Source: Candidatus Woesearchaeota archaeon
GTDB lineage: Archaea > Nanobdellota > Nanobdellia > Woesearchaeales > JAZDKJ01
Direction of reading: 5' to 3'
Assembly: GCA_043803105.1 (NCBI GenBank)
Contig: JAZDKJ010000005.1
Location: 32,001-96,000 of the forward strand
Length of the DNA stretch: 64,000 nt
Shown here: positions 27,339 to 37,391 of the stretch, piece by piece
Position numbering within the stretch: the stretch's first letter is position 1
Layout of the letters: each line of letters begins with the position of its first letter
Translations under genes and position numbers: made by a program
The notes under the pieces: generated by a model
Told to the model about the DNA's origin: nothing
Seen by the model: the letters and a program-made list of their open reading frames with translations, nothing else
The model's database searches: none

Positions 27339-28610
27339 ATGCTCACTCTAAGCACTTTGCTGAAGTACTACAAAAGGGAGGATATACAGAAGGCTATAGT
27401 GCAAAACGCAAAGAACAGGGAAGTGGCGATAAGATTTGGGGAGAGCGGTTTTGGCAAAAGGCCGGATGTTCTTAATTATCCAAGAGACATAGTTGAATTG
27501 GCAAAACAAGGGGCAACATCAATCCACATCTCAGAAGAGCACTGGAAAAACCCCCTGGTCTTGATGCCAAACCTAAGAAAGCAGGAGCTTGACGATATGC
27601 GAACAGGTTGGGACCTGGTAATAGACATCGACTGCCATGTGATGGAATACTCGCAACTGGCAGCACTATTGGTTGTTGAGGCGATGAGGCATCATGGAAT
27701 CGATGCAATTAGCTGCAAGTTCTCGGGAAACAAGGGATTTCACATAGCAATACCTTACAGCGCCTTCCCCAAAAAAGTGCAGGGATTCGATTCTCGGCTT
27801 CTTTTTCCAGACGGTGCACGAAGAATAGGTGTTTATTTGAGAGAAATAATAAAAGCACCATTGAGCCAAAGGATACTGGAGCACGAAGGAGGCAACATAG
27901 GGGCAATAACACAAAAGACCAACAAGACAAAACAGGAGATATTCAGGCAAGACAAGACCATAAACACCGAGGCATTCCTGGACATAGACACTGTGTTAAT
28001 TTCAAGCAGGCACATGTACAGGAGCGTATACTCGCTAAACGAGAAATCAGGGCTTTCGAGCATACCAATAAGGCTCAAAGAACTTGAAACATTTAGCCGC
28101 GAAACGGCAAAACCAGAGAATGTGGCGGTTGAAGTGCCATGGCTAAAAGATGGGGATGCTGGAGAAGCGAGCAAGCTCTTCACATCAGCATTCGACTTCA
28201 AGCCAGTGATCAGCACAGAAGAAAAGGCAGGAGCAAAGGTCTACAAGGAACCTGAGGGAAAGGTCTCTGAAGCGAACTTTGCCCCATGCATAAAACAGAT
28301 AATGCTGGGCTTGAATGACGGAAGAAAACGGTCTGTGTTCATTCTGCTAAACTTTCTTACAGCATGCGGATACAGCTATGATGAAATAAAAGAGCTCTTA
28401 ACAGCCTGGAACAAGAAAAACAATGAACCACTAAAAGAAGTCAACCTGCTCTCGCCAGTAAGATATCACCAGGAGCACAAGAAAAAAGTGCTGCCGCCCA
28501 ACTGCTCGAGCAGCTATTACAAAGACATAGGGGTGTGCAGGCCTGACAACCTTTGCGGAAAGGTCAAGAATCCTGTCAATTACTCGAGAAGGAAGGAAAA
28601 ATACAAATAA
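27339..28610 (+). CDS. Fused PriS-PriL DNA primase (DPANN type)
   Basis: PriS motifs WDLVIDID and FSGNKGFH, followed by a PriL Fe-S C-terminus APC..DGRKR..PPNC..C.PD..C..KNP. Confidence 0.9.
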   Translation: MLTLSTLLKYYKREDIQKAIVQNAKNREVAIRFGESGFGKRPDVLNYPRDIVELAKQGATSIHISEEHWKNPLVLMPNLRKQELDDMRTGWDLVIDIDCHVMEYSQLAALLVVEAMRHHGIDAISCKFSGNKGFHIAIPYSAFPKKVQGFDSRLLFPDGARRIGVYLREIIKAPLSQRILEHEGGNIGAITQKTNKTKQEIFRQDKTINTEAFLDIDTVLISSRHMYRSVYSLNEKSGLSSIPIRLKELETFSRETAKPENVAVEVPWLKDGDAGEASKLFTSAFDFKPVISTEEKAGAKVYKEPEGKVSEANFAPCIKQIMLGLNDGRKRSVFILLNFLTACGYSYDEIKELLTAWNKKNNEPLKEVNLLSPVRYHQEHKKKVLPPNCSSSYYKDIGVCRPDNLCGKVKNPVNYSRRKEKYK

Positions 28611-28737
28611 TTCTGGCTTGAAAAGGGTATTAAAGGTTATTTCATGCCTTTATGTTAACCTATTTAACATGGGTGCAATGGGCTCAAGTCAGACAGAATC
28701 GCTTCAAAATGGCAAATCACTCACAGTGATTAGTAAG

Positions 28738-28877
28738 CTTTATAAACAAACTGAAATCCCATGAGCCTATAATAACGTGTTTAAAGAGGGTTTAAACACA
28801 GACGCCTGAAGAGAAGTTCTTTTCAGTACACAGGGAAGACTTGTTTCTCAAAAGAACTAGGCGAAAGCAGGTAAACA
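28738..28877 (+). promoter_or_regulatory. Promoter and structured 5' leader of the ribosomal protein operon
   Basis: TATA TTTATAAA at ~28739; hairpin 28777-28799; long stem 28803-28863 ending 14 nt before the L3 ATG. Confidence 0.6.
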
Positions 28878-29831
28878 ATGGCAAACATAAGATCACCACG
28901 CAGGGGCTCGATGCAGTTTTATCCTCGAAAGAGGGCAAAGAGCATAATCCCGAGGATAAACCACAAGGTCATCACAGCAGGTTTTGACGAGTTCGCAGGC
29001 TACAAAGCAGGCATGACACAATTGATGGTTACGGATAATGGGACAAACTCGATGACAAAGGGAGAGGAGATAGTGATGCCAGTAACCGTCATTGAATGCC
29101 CGCCAATGAAAGTGATGGGGATAAGGCTTTACAAGAACAATATCGCGGTAGGGCAGATGAACGCAGAACAGCTGAACAAGCACCTAGACAAAAGAATAAG
29201 AATGCCCAAGGCAAAGCAAAAAGAACAGACAAAGGACTTTGACTTCTTAAGGTTACTAGTGCATACTCAGCCGTACCTGACAACAATAGGCCAGAAGGCA
29301 CCGGACGTATTTGAGGTGTCGATGGGTGCAGGCAAGGAGGAGCAGCTAAAGAGAGCAAATGAGCTCCTCGGAAAAGAGATTATAATCAACAATGTATTCA
29401 ACGAAGGAGAACAGTTAGACATCCACTCAATAACAAAGGGAAAGGGCTACCAAGGACCTGTAAAAAGGTTTGGGATAGGATTAAGGTCACACAAATCAGA
29501 AAAGACAAAAAGGGGTCCTGGAAGCCTGGGTGGCTGGAGTGCACAAGGACATGTGATGTACAGGGTCGCGCACGCAGGACAGATGGGATTCCACCAAAGA
29601 ACAGAGTACAACAAATGGCTCCTTAAGATAGGAACAGAGCCAAAGAAAATCAACCCAAAGGGCGGATTCTTGCACTACGGAATAATCAAGAATAATTATG
29701 TTCTCGTCAAAGGCTCAATAGGAGGGCCTGCAAAAAGACTAATAATCATGACAAAGGCCATAAGGCCACGCAAGCAAACACCAAAAGAGGCGCCGTCAAT
29801 AGAATACATCAGCCTCGAGTCAAAGCAATAA
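28878..29831 (+). CDS. rpl3: 50S ribosomal protein uL3
   Basis: PRRGS..PRKRA, AGYKAGMT, TKGKG.QGPVKRFG, AGQMG.H.RTE.NK. Confidence 0.97.
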   Translation: MANIRSPRRGSMQFYPRKRAKSIIPRINHKVITAGFDEFAGYKAGMTQLMVTDNGTNSMTKGEEIVMPVTVIECPPMKVMGIRLYKNNIAVGQMNAEQLNKHLDKRIRMPKAKQKEQTKDFDFLRLLVHTQPYLTTIGQKAPDVFEVSMGAGKEEQLKRANELLGKEIIINNVFNEGEQLDIHSITKGKGYQGPVKRFGIGLRSHKSEKTKRGPGSLGGWSAQGHVMYRVAHAGQMGFHQRTEYNKWLLKIGTEPKKINPKGGFLHYGIIKNNYVLVKGSIGGPAKRLIIMTKAIRPRKQTPKEAPSIEYISLESKQ

Positions 29832-29832
29832 G

Positions 29833-30618
29833 ATGGAAGCCACAATACTAAAAATCAACAACCAGGAAGCTGGAAAAAAGAAACTTCCGAAGCAGTTCGA
29901 AGAGGTAGTGAGACCAGACCTGATCAAACGGGCAGTAATGTCAATAATAAGCAGGAAAAGGCAAGCCTATGGGTCAAAGCCTGAAGCAGGACAGAGGGCG
30001 AGCGCAAAGCTTTCAAGAAGAAGGCGCGACTACAAGGGAAGCTATGGACTTGGAATATCAAGGGTACCAAGAAAAATACTCTCACGCCGAGGCACAAGGA
30101 TGAACTGGGTAGGAGCGGTATCGCCAGGAACTGTAGGAGGAAGACGGGCACATCCGCCAAAGAGCGGCAAGGACTGGGAACAGAAAATCAACAGGAAAGA
30201 AAACCAGAAAGCGATAAGATCGTGCCTTGCGGCGAGCGTATCAAAGCAATGGGTGGAAAAGAAACCAGCCACATTCCCTTTCATAGCAGAAAAACAGCTT
30301 GAGCAAATAACAGAAACCAAGACACTCAAGCAGGCACTAAATGCATACGGAATAGAGTACGACTTTGAAAGAAACATCAGGGTAGGAAAGGCAAAAGCCA
30401 GAGGAAGAAAATACAAATCAGGGAGAGGAACACTGATAGTAGTTTCAGGACAATGCCCACTCATAAGGTCAGCAGCAAACCTCAAAGGGATAGAGGTCTG
30501 CGACATACACAAGATAAACGCTGAACTGCTTGCACCGGGAGCAAAACCGGGAAGGCTGACGATATACACAGAGGCAAGCATAGAAGCACTAGAAAAGGAA
30601 AAACTCTATGAAAGCTGA
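29833..30618 (+). CDS. rpl4: 50S ribosomal protein uL4
   Basis: VRPDLIKRAV, GGRRAHPPK, LLAPG..PGRLT. Confidence 0.97.
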   Translation: MEATILKINNQEAGKKKLPKQFEEVVRPDLIKRAVMSIISRKRQAYGSKPEAGQRASAKLSRRRRDYKGSYGLGISRVPRKILSRRGTRMNWVGAVSPGTVGGRRAHPPKSGKDWEQKINRKENQKAIRSCLAASVSKQWVEKKPATFPFIAEKQLEQITETKTLKQALNAYGIEYDFERNIRVGKAKARGRKYKSGRGTLIVVSGQCPLIRSAANLKGIEVCDIHKINAELLAPGAKPGRLTIYTEASIEALEKEKLYES

Positions 30619-30868
30619 AGTCGCAATCAAGTATCCACTGAGCACAGAAAAATCGCTCAGGCTAATGGAATCACAAAACAAGCTGATATTTGTTGTAGAC
30701 CAGGCAGCAACAAAACAGGATGTCAAGAAGGCAATAGAGGAACTATTCAAGGTAAAGGTATTAAAGGTCAATACCTACATAGCCATGGACGGAAAGAAAA
30801 GGGCTTATATAAAACTCAGCAATGAGACACCGGCAATAGACATCGCGACTAACCTAGGATTGATGTAA
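30608..30868 (+). CDS. rpl23: 50S ribosomal protein uL23
   Basis: YPLSTEK, N.L.F.V, KVNT, KKRAYI. Confidence 0.97.
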   Translation: MKAEVAIKYPLSTEKSLRLMESQNKLIFVVDQAATKQDVKKAIEELFKVKVLKVNTYIAMDGKKRAYIKLSNETPAIDIATNLGLM

Positions 30869-30870
30869 AA

Positions 30871-31584
30871 ATGGGAAAGAATCTAGTACAACAGGCAAGA
30901 GGAAAGGGAGGTCCTAGATACAGATCTCCGGGGTTTAATTTCAGGGGACAGGCAAAACACCTAAGCCTCGGGAATGAGCAACGCCAGGGGATTTTGGCAG
31001 ACCTAGTGGACTGCCCAGGCCACTCCGCACCGCTTGCAATCATAAAATATGGCACAGTAGAAAACCTGACAATAGCGCCTGAAGGAATCAGGGTCGGAGA
31101 AAGAATAAGCGCAGGGCCGGGAAGCGAGCCAAAGCGTGGAAACACGCTGGCATTAAGGGACATACCTGATGGAACACTCATCTATAATATAGAATCACAG
31201 CCCGGGGATGGGGGAAAGTTCTGCAGGGCATCAGGCACAGCAGCAAGAGTAATAGGAGAAGTTGGCGGAAGAATTATGGTCGAGCTGCCTTCAAAAAAGC
31301 AAAAACCGTTCCAGCCAGACTGCAGGGCGAGCATAGGAACAGTTGCAGGAAGCGGAAGGGTGGAAAAACCATTCCTCAAGGCAGGAGCGAAGTTCTATGC
31401 AATGAAGGCAAAGAACAAGCTTTACCCAATAACATCAGCAAGATCACAAAACGCAGTAGACCATCCATTCGGTAACAAGCGCTCAGCGCGAAAGGCAAAG
31501 CAGAGGCCTGCGCCAAGGAATGCGCCACCTGGAAGAAATGTAGGAAAACTGCATCCAAAAAGAACAGGGAGGAAGAAGAAGTAA
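30871..31584 (+). CDS. rpl2: 50S ribosomal protein uL2
   Basis: MGK...QARGKG, PGDGGKF.RASG, NAVDHPFG. Confidence 0.97.
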   Translation: MGKNLVQQARGKGGPRYRSPGFNFRGQAKHLSLGNEQRQGILADLVDCPGHSAPLAIIKYGTVENLTIAPEGIRVGERISAGPGSEPKRGNTLALRDIPDGTLIYNIESQPGDGGKFCRASGTAARVIGEVGGRIMVELPSKKQKPFQPDCRASIGTVAGSGRVEKPFLKAGAKFYAMKAKNKLYPITSARSQNAVDHPFGNKRSARKAKQRPAPRNAPPGRNVGKLHPKRTGRKKK

Positions 31585-31587
31585 ACC

Positions 31588-31965
31588 ATGGCAAAGAAAG
31601 AGTTTACCTATCACGGCAAGACACTAGAAGAGCTGCAGAATATGAGCACAAGCGATTTTGCAGCAATAACAACCTCAAGGATAAGAAGGACTATAAAGCA
31701 TGGATTCACAGAAGAGGAAAAAAAGCTGCTCAAGAACCTCCATAATGCGAATGTCGAGACGCACTGCAGGGACATGGTGATACTACCTATAATGGTCGGA
31801 AAGACAATCAAGGTGCACGACGGAAAAACCTTTGTGCCTGTAAGGGTAGAAAAGGAAATGCTCGGCCATGTGCTTGGAGAGTTCGCAATGACAAGAAAGA
31901 AAGTGTCTCATAGCGCACCAGGAATAGGCGCAACAAAATCAAGCTCAAGCATATCAGTAAAGTAA
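31588..31965 (+). CDS. rps19: 30S ribosomal protein uS19
   Basis: THCRDMVILP.MVG, MLGH.LGEFA.TR. Confidence 0.97.
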   Translation: MAKKEFTYHGKTLEELQNMSTSDFAAITTSRIRRTIKHGFTEEEKKLLKNLHNANVETHCRDMVILPIMVGKTIKVHDGKTFVPVRVEKEMLGHVLGEFAMTRKKVSHSAPGIGATKSSSSISVK

Positions 31966-31966
31966 A

Positions 31967-32488
31967 ATGGGAACATACAGATACTCAACAAACACTGAAA
32001 AAGAAGGCCTGGTAAAGACAGTAGGGATTGGCCTTGGGATATCCAGAAAGAAAGGCATAGAGATATGCAACTTCATAAGAGGCAAATCGCTTGAACGAGC
32101 AAAGAAAATCATGGACAATGTAATGGAGCAGAAAGAGGCAATACCTTACAGAAGGTTCAACAAAGACACAGGACACAAACCAGGGATAGGGCCAGGAAGA
32201 TACCCAATAAAGACATGCAAGGAAATAAAAGTGTTGCTCGAGAGGCTCGAAGCAAGCGCAAACCAAAAAGGGCTTGAGACAAAATCACTCATAATAAGCC
32301 ATATATCAGCACAGCAAGGCGGAAAGCAGTGGCACTACGGAAGACAGAGAAGGAGAATGCAGAAAAGGGCGCACATAGAAATCGTGGCGCAGGAAGCAAG
32401 GAAGCAAGAGGCCCCGAAGCAAAAGAAGCCGGAAAAAAAGGCCATAGAAGCTAAGCCAGAGCACAAAAAAACCAAGGCTAACAAATGA
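31967..32488 (+). CDS. rpl22: 50S ribosomal protein uL22
   Basis: EIC..IRG, IPYRRFN...GH, GRYP.K, HIEI. Confidence 0.96.
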   Translation: MGTYRYSTNTEKEGLVKTVGIGLGISRKKGIEICNFIRGKSLERAKKIMDNVMEQKEAIPYRRFNKDTGHKPGIGPGRYPIKTCKEIKVLLERLEASANQKGLETKSLIISHISAQQGGKQWHYGRQRRRMQKRAHIEIVAQEARKQEAPKQKKPEKKAIEAKPEHKKTKANK

Positions 32489-33228
32489 TTGAGAAAAAAT
32501 TCGTGGAACAAAAAATGAAGGAGCACCAGATTGAAGAATACATCAGCTCAAAACTCAAGAATGTGGGACATAGCCACACAAAGCTACAAAGGACCCCACT
32601 TGGAGAAAAAATCATAATCTCAACATCACACCCAGGTTTAGTCGTCGGCAGGAAAGGCGACAACATCAAAGACCTAACAATAGCACTGAAAAACGAATTC
32701 AAGCTAGAGAACCCGCAGCTCGAGATAAGCGAGGTAGAAAACCCGAACCTGGACGCAAGGATAGTGGCAGAAAGGATCGCTAGCACGCTAGAGAAATTTG
32801 GGTCAAACAAGTTCAAGGGAGTAGGCCACAAGACAATGACTGATGTGCTCAACGCAGGAGCACTTGGGGTTGAGATACTCATATCAGGGAAGATACCTGG
32901 GGCAAGGGCAAAGACATGGAGGTTCTATCAGGGTTACCTGAAGAAGTGTGGCGACATCGCAATAACCGGAGTGAAGGAAGCAAAGGTCTCTGCGCAGCTA
33001 AAATCAGGAACCATTGGCGTAAAAGTAAGGATAATGCCCCCTGACATCGTACTTCCGGACAGGATAAGACTAAGGACAGAGCAGCCACTCACAATAGAAG
33101 AAGGCAAGAAAGAGGAAATAAAAGAAGTAAAAGAAGTAAAAAAGCCAGAGGCAAAAAAGCCGAGAAGGCAGAGAAAGCAAGTAAATGAAAAGCAAAGAAC
33201 TAAAGCAGATGCAGAAGAGCGAGCTTGA
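32485..33228 (+). CDS. rps3: 30S ribosomal protein uS3
   Basis: TPLG, PGLVVGRKG, GALGVEI.ISGK. Confidence 0.97.
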   Translation: MIEKKFVEQKMKEHQIEEYISSKLKNVGHSHTKLQRTPLGEKIIISTSHPGLVVGRKGDNIKDLTIALKNEFKLENPQLEISEVENPNLDARIVAERIASTLEKFGSNKFKGVGHKTMTDVLNAGALGVEILISGKIPGARAKTWRFYQGYLKKCGDIAITGVKEAKVSAQLKSGTIGVKVRIMPPDIVLPDRIRLRTEQPLTIEEGKKEEIKEVKEVKKPEAKKPRRQRKQVNEKQRTKADAEERA

Positions 33229-33397
33229 AGCAAAGCTCTCTGAACTTAGAAAAGACCTTATGAAGCAGAACGCCCAGATAGCAACAGGAACAACCCCAAA
33301 AAGCCCTGGACAGATAAGAAATTCAAAGAGGACGATAGCCAGAATACTCACTCAACTCAATAGAGAACAAACCAAGGAGGTTGCAACCAAAGGATGA
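33185..33397 (+). CDS. rpl29: 50S ribosomal protein uL29
   Basis: K.KEL..M, PG.IR..KRTIARILT. Confidence 0.95.
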   Translation: MKSKELKQMQKSELEAKLSELRKDLMKQNAQIATGTTPKSPGQIRNSKRTIARILTQLNREQTKEVATKG

Positions 33398-33702
33398 AGG
33401 AAATATGTCCAAAATGTGGGCTGCCAAAAGAGCTGTGCGTATGTGAGACCATAGCCAAAGAGAACCAAAAAATCGTGGTGAAAGTGATACAAAAGAAGTT
33501 CGGGAAAACCTACACTGTGATCGAAGGAATAGACCCTAAGGAAATTGACTTAAAAGAGCTCATGAAAAAGCTCAAGAACCAATTCGCTTGCGGCGGAACC
33601 GTCAAGAAAGGGATAATCGAGCTTCAGGGAGATCACAAGCAAAAGGTACGCAAGGCACTCGTGCAGACAGGCTTTGCCCAAGGGACAATAGAAGTCCACT
33701 AG
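33394..33702 (+). CDS. sui1: Translation initiation factor aIF1 (SUI1)
   Basis: CPKCGLP.ELC.CE, ACGGT.K, IELQGDH. Confidence 0.95.
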   Translation: MKEICPKCGLPKELCVCETIAKENQKIVVKVIQKKFGKTYTVIEGIDPKEIDLKELMKKLKNQFACGGTVKKGIIELQGDHKQKVRKALVQTGFAQGTIEVH

Positions 33703-33712
33703 GGGGCAGACG

Positions 33713-33961
33713 ATGAACGCAGCCACAAGAGAAATAATAGGAGCAAAAGCAAAAATCACAAGCTCAACAAACAAATCAACAGAAGGGATCCAAGGCATCA
33801 TAATCGACGAGACAAAAAACATGATCAGCATACGAACAATCAGCGGAGACAAGAAAATCATCAAGAAGGCAAGTGTATTCGAGATTGATGGGGAAAGAAT
33901 AAGCGGGGATGAACTCGTTGGAAGACCTGAAGAGAGGATAAAAAGATGGATACGAAAGTAA
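33713..33961 (+). CDS. rnp1: Ribonuclease P protein component 1 (Rpp29)
   Basis: EIIG, G.IIDETKN, GRPEERIK; canonical position in the cluster. Confidence 0.92.
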   Translation: MNAATREIIGAKAKITSSTNKSTEGIQGIIIDETKNMISIRTISGDKKIIKKASVFEIDGERISGDELVGRPEERIKRWIRK

Positions 33962-34242
33962 AATGCGATGATCAAAACTGCCCAATCCACGGCAGATTAA
34001 GGACTCACGGGAAGACATTCATCGGAAAAGTCATCAAGACAGGAATGCAGAAAACAGCAACAGTAGAATGGACAAGGCTTCGAAAGGTCCAAAAGTACGA
34101 AAGGTATGAGAAAAAAAGGACAAGGATAAAGGTGCACAACAGCGCATGCATAAACGCAGCAACAGGAGACACTGTAAAGATAATGGAATCAAGGCCTATA
34201 TCAAAAACAAAGCACTTCGCGATAATTGAGAAGGTACAATGA
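33946..34242 (+). CDS. rps17: 30S ribosomal protein uS17
   Basis: C.D.NCP.HG, KYERYEK, RPISKTK.F. Confidence 0.96.
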   Translation: MDTKVKCDDQNCPIHGRLRTHGKTFIGKVIKTGMQKTATVEWTRLRKVQKYERYEKKRTRIKVHNSACINAATGDTVKIMESRPISKTKHFAIIEKVQ

Positions 34243-34640
34243 AAGCATCAAGATCATACATCACAAGGGCACTCCCGGTAGGATGCCAGGTAGAGACCTG
34301 CGACAATTCAGGGGCAAAGGTAATCAGGGTATTTAGCGCTGTCGGAATGAAGACAGTGCAGGGAAGAAAACCCAGCTGTGGGGTTGCGGACCTGGTCATG
34401 GCCTCGGTCAAGAAGGGAAGGCCAGACATGAGAAAACAGGTGGTGTACGCAATAATAGTCAGGCAGAAGAAGGAATTCAGGAGGCCTGACGGGATGCGGA
34501 TCAAGTTCGAAGACAACTCAGCAGTCGTGCTAAAGGATGAAAAGGGAAACCCAAAGGGCACGATATTCAAGGGAGCTATCGCAAAAGAGGTATGCGACAG
34601 ATGGCCTGCCATAGCAAAGATAGCAAACCTCATAGTATAA
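34239..34640 (+). CDS. rpl14: 50S ribosomal protein uL14
   Basis: DNSGAK, RR.DG.RIKFEDN. Confidence 0.97.
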   Translation: MKASRSYITRALPVGCQVETCDNSGAKVIRVFSAVGMKTVQGRKPSCGVADLVMASVKKGRPDMRKQVVYAIIVRQKKEFRRPDGMRIKFEDNSAVVLKDEKGNPKGTIFKGAIAKEVCDRWPAIAKIANLIV

Positions 34641-34641
34641 A

Positions 34642-35025
34642 ATGAAAAAAAAATATTCATCAAGCTGGAAAGGGTCGAGCAAGGCAAGAAAGCAGAGAAA
34701 ATACAGGTTCAACGCACCACTGCACATAAAGCAGAAATTCATGAGCTCGCACCTGTCAAAGGAACTCAGGGCAAAACACAAACTGAGATCAGTGCAGCTA
34801 AGGAAAGGGGACAAGGTAAAGATCGCAAGAGGGCAATTCAAGAACAAGACAGGCAAAGTGGACAGAATCGACCTTAAGAGCGAGCGAGTATATATATCAA
34901 GCATCGAGATAATAAAAAAGGACGGAAGCAAAGTACTCTATCCATTGCACCCGTCAAACCTTGTGATCCAGGAACTGAACCTTGATGACAAGAAAAGAAA
35001 AGAAAAGCTAAAGGAAACAAAATGA
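34642..35025 (+). CDS. rpl24: 50S ribosomal protein uL24
   Basis: RKQRK..NAPLH, RKGD.V...RG, HPSN. Confidence 0.96.
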   Translation: MKKKYSSSWKGSSKARKQRKYRFNAPLHIKQKFMSSHLSKELRAKHKLRSVQLRKGDKVKIARGQFKNKTGKVDRIDLKSERVYISSIEIIKKDGSKVLYPLHPSNLVIQELNLDDKKRKEKLKETK

Positions 35026-35708
35026 GCAGGTATTTCAAGAGAATAACAGCACCAAGAAGCTGGAAGGTACAGCGGAAGACAAACGTGTTCCTCTTAAGGC
35101 CACACCCAGGAGCGCACTCACTGGAGAGGGGACTGCCCCTTGCCATAATACTTAGGGACTACCTCGGATACGCAAAGAACCTAAAAGAGGCAAAGATGAT
35201 ATTGCAGACAAAAAATGTGCTCGTCGACAATGAAAGAAGGAAGAGCGAACACTTCCTCGCCGGGCTCCTTGACGTAATAACAATCAAGGAAACCAAGGAG
35301 CACTTCAGGCTCATACTCAACAAGAAAGGACACCTCGAATTGCTCAAGATAGCAGACAAGGAAGCAGGCATCAAGCCAAAGAAGATACTTAACAAGACTG
35401 TAATAAAGAAAGGGGTGCTACAGCTGAACCTCTCTGACGGGACAAACCAGATAACAAAAGAGCAAGGCTACAAGACAGGAGACACCATATTGGTGGAGTT
35501 CCCGCAAAAGATAGTGGCACACTACAAGCTGGCAAACGAGGCGGCAGTGTACATCACAGGTGGAAAGCACCAGGGAGAAAGGGCAACAGTGGAAGGAATA
35601 AGCGAACACGGAATCATGTGCAAGACTGAGCACGCCAATTATGTGGCACAAAAAAAGCATGTGTTTGTCATAGGTGACAAGCAGCCATGCATCACGCTAG
35701 GCAAGTAA
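35022..35708 (+). CDS. rps4e: 30S ribosomal protein eS4
   Basis: KR..AP.SW, PGAH, LPL..ILRD.L, ITGGKH.G. Confidence 0.96.
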   Translation: MSRYFKRITAPRSWKVQRKTNVFLLRPHPGAHSLERGLPLAIILRDYLGYAKNLKEAKMILQTKNVLVDNERRKSEHFLAGLLDVITIKETKEHFRLILNKKGHLELLKIADKEAGIKPKKILNKTVIKKGVLQLNLSDGTNQITKEQGYKTGDTILVEFPQKIVAHYKLANEAAVYITGGKHQGERATVEGISEHGIMCKTEHANYVAQKKHVFVIGDKQPCITLGK

Positions 35709-35710
35709 TC

Positions 35711-36226
35711 ATGAACCAGATGCAACAAGTTAAACTGGAGAAAATAACCCTAAATATAGGTGCGGGAAAAGACCAGAAAAAGCTAGAGCTTGGACTAAAG
35801 CTACTCAAGAAAATCACTGAGATAGAGCCTGTAAGGACAGTAACCAACAAGAGGATCCCAAACTGGGGACTAAGGCCAGGCCTTCCAATAGGATGTAAGA
35901 TAACATTGCGAAAGGCAGCTGCACTTGAAACACTAAAAAGGCTGCTTGAGGCAAAAGAGGGAAGGCTGCGGGAAAGCCAGTTCGACCAGAACGGCAACAT
36001 TGCATTTGGGTTACCAGAATACATAGACATACCAGGGGTAGGATACGACCCAGAAATTGGCGTCCTTGGCCTAGAGGTATGCGTCACACTGGAAAAGCCG
36101 GGCTTTCGGATAAAGAAAAGGAGGCTCCTAAAGAGGAAAATCCCTCCAAAGCACCGGATAAGCAGGGATGAGGCAATCAATTTCATGAAAAACAACTTCA
36201 AGGTAAGTCTAGGAGAGGAAGAATGA
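35711..36226 (+). CDS. rpl5: 50S ribosomal protein uL5
   Basis: [28 protein letters not shown]. Confidence 0.97.
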   Translation: MNQMQQVKLEKITLNIGAGKDQKKLELGLKLLKKITEIEPVRTVTNKRIPNWGLRPGLPIGCKITLRKAAALETLKRLLEAKEGRLRESQFDQNGNIAFGLPEYIDIPGVGYDPEIGVLGLEVCVTLEKPGFRIKKRRLLKRKIPPKHRISRDEAINFMKNNFKVSLGEEE

Positions 36227-36453
36227 CAACAAGCGACTATCACAAGGTATTCAAGCAGCTAAAGGCAAAACCCTTCAAGCTGCAAAAATTCATGAAGCAC
36301 AATGCGCCAAAGAAAAGGACAATGGGCGTGGCAACAAGGCACTGCAGGAGATGCGGCAGAAACAAGGCACACATCGACAGCTACGGATTGAACTTGTGCA
36401 GGCAGTGCTTTAGGGAAGTGGCAACGCAAATCGGATTCAAGAAGTTCAGCTAA
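36223..36453 (+). CDS. rps14: 30S ribosomal protein uS14 (Zn-binding, N-terminally extended)
   Basis: [19 protein letters not shown]; extra MTTSDY..FKQL N-terminus. Confidence 0.95.
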   Translation: MTTSDYHKVFKQLKAKPFKLQKFMKHNAPKKRTMGVATRHCRRCGRNKAHIDSYGLNLCRQCFREVATQIGFKKFS

Positions 36454-36454
36454 A

Positions 36455-36847
36455 ATGACACTAAACGACCCAGTAGCAAACGCATTATCAGTTGTAGAGC
36501 ACCAGGAAAGGATAGGCGGCACATCATGCAAGATAAAGCCGGCATCAAACCTGATAAAACAGATACTAAAGATCCTCGCAGACGAACACTATACCGGAAG
36601 CTTCACTGAGATAAAAGACCGGAAGGGCAATGTCATAAAGCTTACCCTCACAGGAGCAATAAACAGCTGCGGGGTTGTGAAGCCCAGGTTTGCGTTGAAG
36701 AGCATAGACTACGAAAAATTCGAAAAAAGATACCTGCCTGCAAAGGGCATGGGAATACTGATTGTGTCCACAAGCAAGGGAATGATGACAAACACCCAGG
36801 CAAAGGAAAAAAAGCTTGGCGGAAAACTCATTGCCTACTGCTACTGA
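36455..36847 (+). CDS. rps8: 30S ribosomal protein uS8
   Basis: DPVANAL, KPRF, EKRYLPA, STSKG, GG.LIAY.Y. Confidence 0.97.
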   Translation: MTLNDPVANALSVVEHQERIGGTSCKIKPASNLIKQILKILADEHYTGSFTEIKDRKGNVIKLTLTGAINSCGVVKPRFALKSIDYEKFEKRYLPAKGMGILIVSTSKGMMTNTQAKEKKLGGKLIAYCY

Positions 36848-36848
36848 A

Positions 36849-37391
36849 ATGAACCAGACAACAGAAAAACTGCAGATACCAGAGGGAATAAAGGTAACAG
36901 TAGAGGGCAATTCAGTAAAGGTAGCGGGCAAACATGGCATGGTGGAGAGAAGGATAGAAGATCCAAGGATAACAATCAAACTTGAAGCCAACAGCATCGT
37001 AATCTCTGCAGATCGAACAACAAAAAGAGAAAGGACAAAGATAGGCACATGGAGGGCGCATTTAGCCAACATGTTAAGGGGGGCAGAGTCAGGCCACACC
37101 TACACACTCAAGATATGCTCAGGACACTTCCCAATGAACGTGTCAACAACAGAAAAAGAATTCACAATCAAGAACTTCCTAGGAGAGAAGGTACCAAGGA
37201 AGCTTGGCCTAAAAGAAGGGGCTAAAGTGAAGATAGAAGGAGACCTTGTGCGCATAGAGAGCACAAGCAAGGAATTAGCAGGACAGACAGCAGCAGACAT
37301 AGAGCAGATGTGTAAAATTAGGGGAAGGGACTCCAGGATATTCCAGGATGGGATATGGATCATAGAGAAAGACGGCAAACCACTCAAATGA
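36849..37391 (+). CDS. rpl6: 50S ribosomal protein uL6
   Basis: IPEG, HFPM, NFLGEK, D.RIFQDGI. Confidence 0.96.
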   Translation: MNQTTEKLQIPEGIKVTVEGNSVKVAGKHGMVERRIEDPRITIKLEANSIVISADRTTKRERTKIGTWRAHLANMLRGAESGHTYTLKICSGHFPMNVSTTEKEFTIKNFLGEKVPRKLGLKEGAKVKIEGDLVRIESTSKELAGQTAADIEQMCKIRGRDSRIFQDGIWIIEKDGKPLK

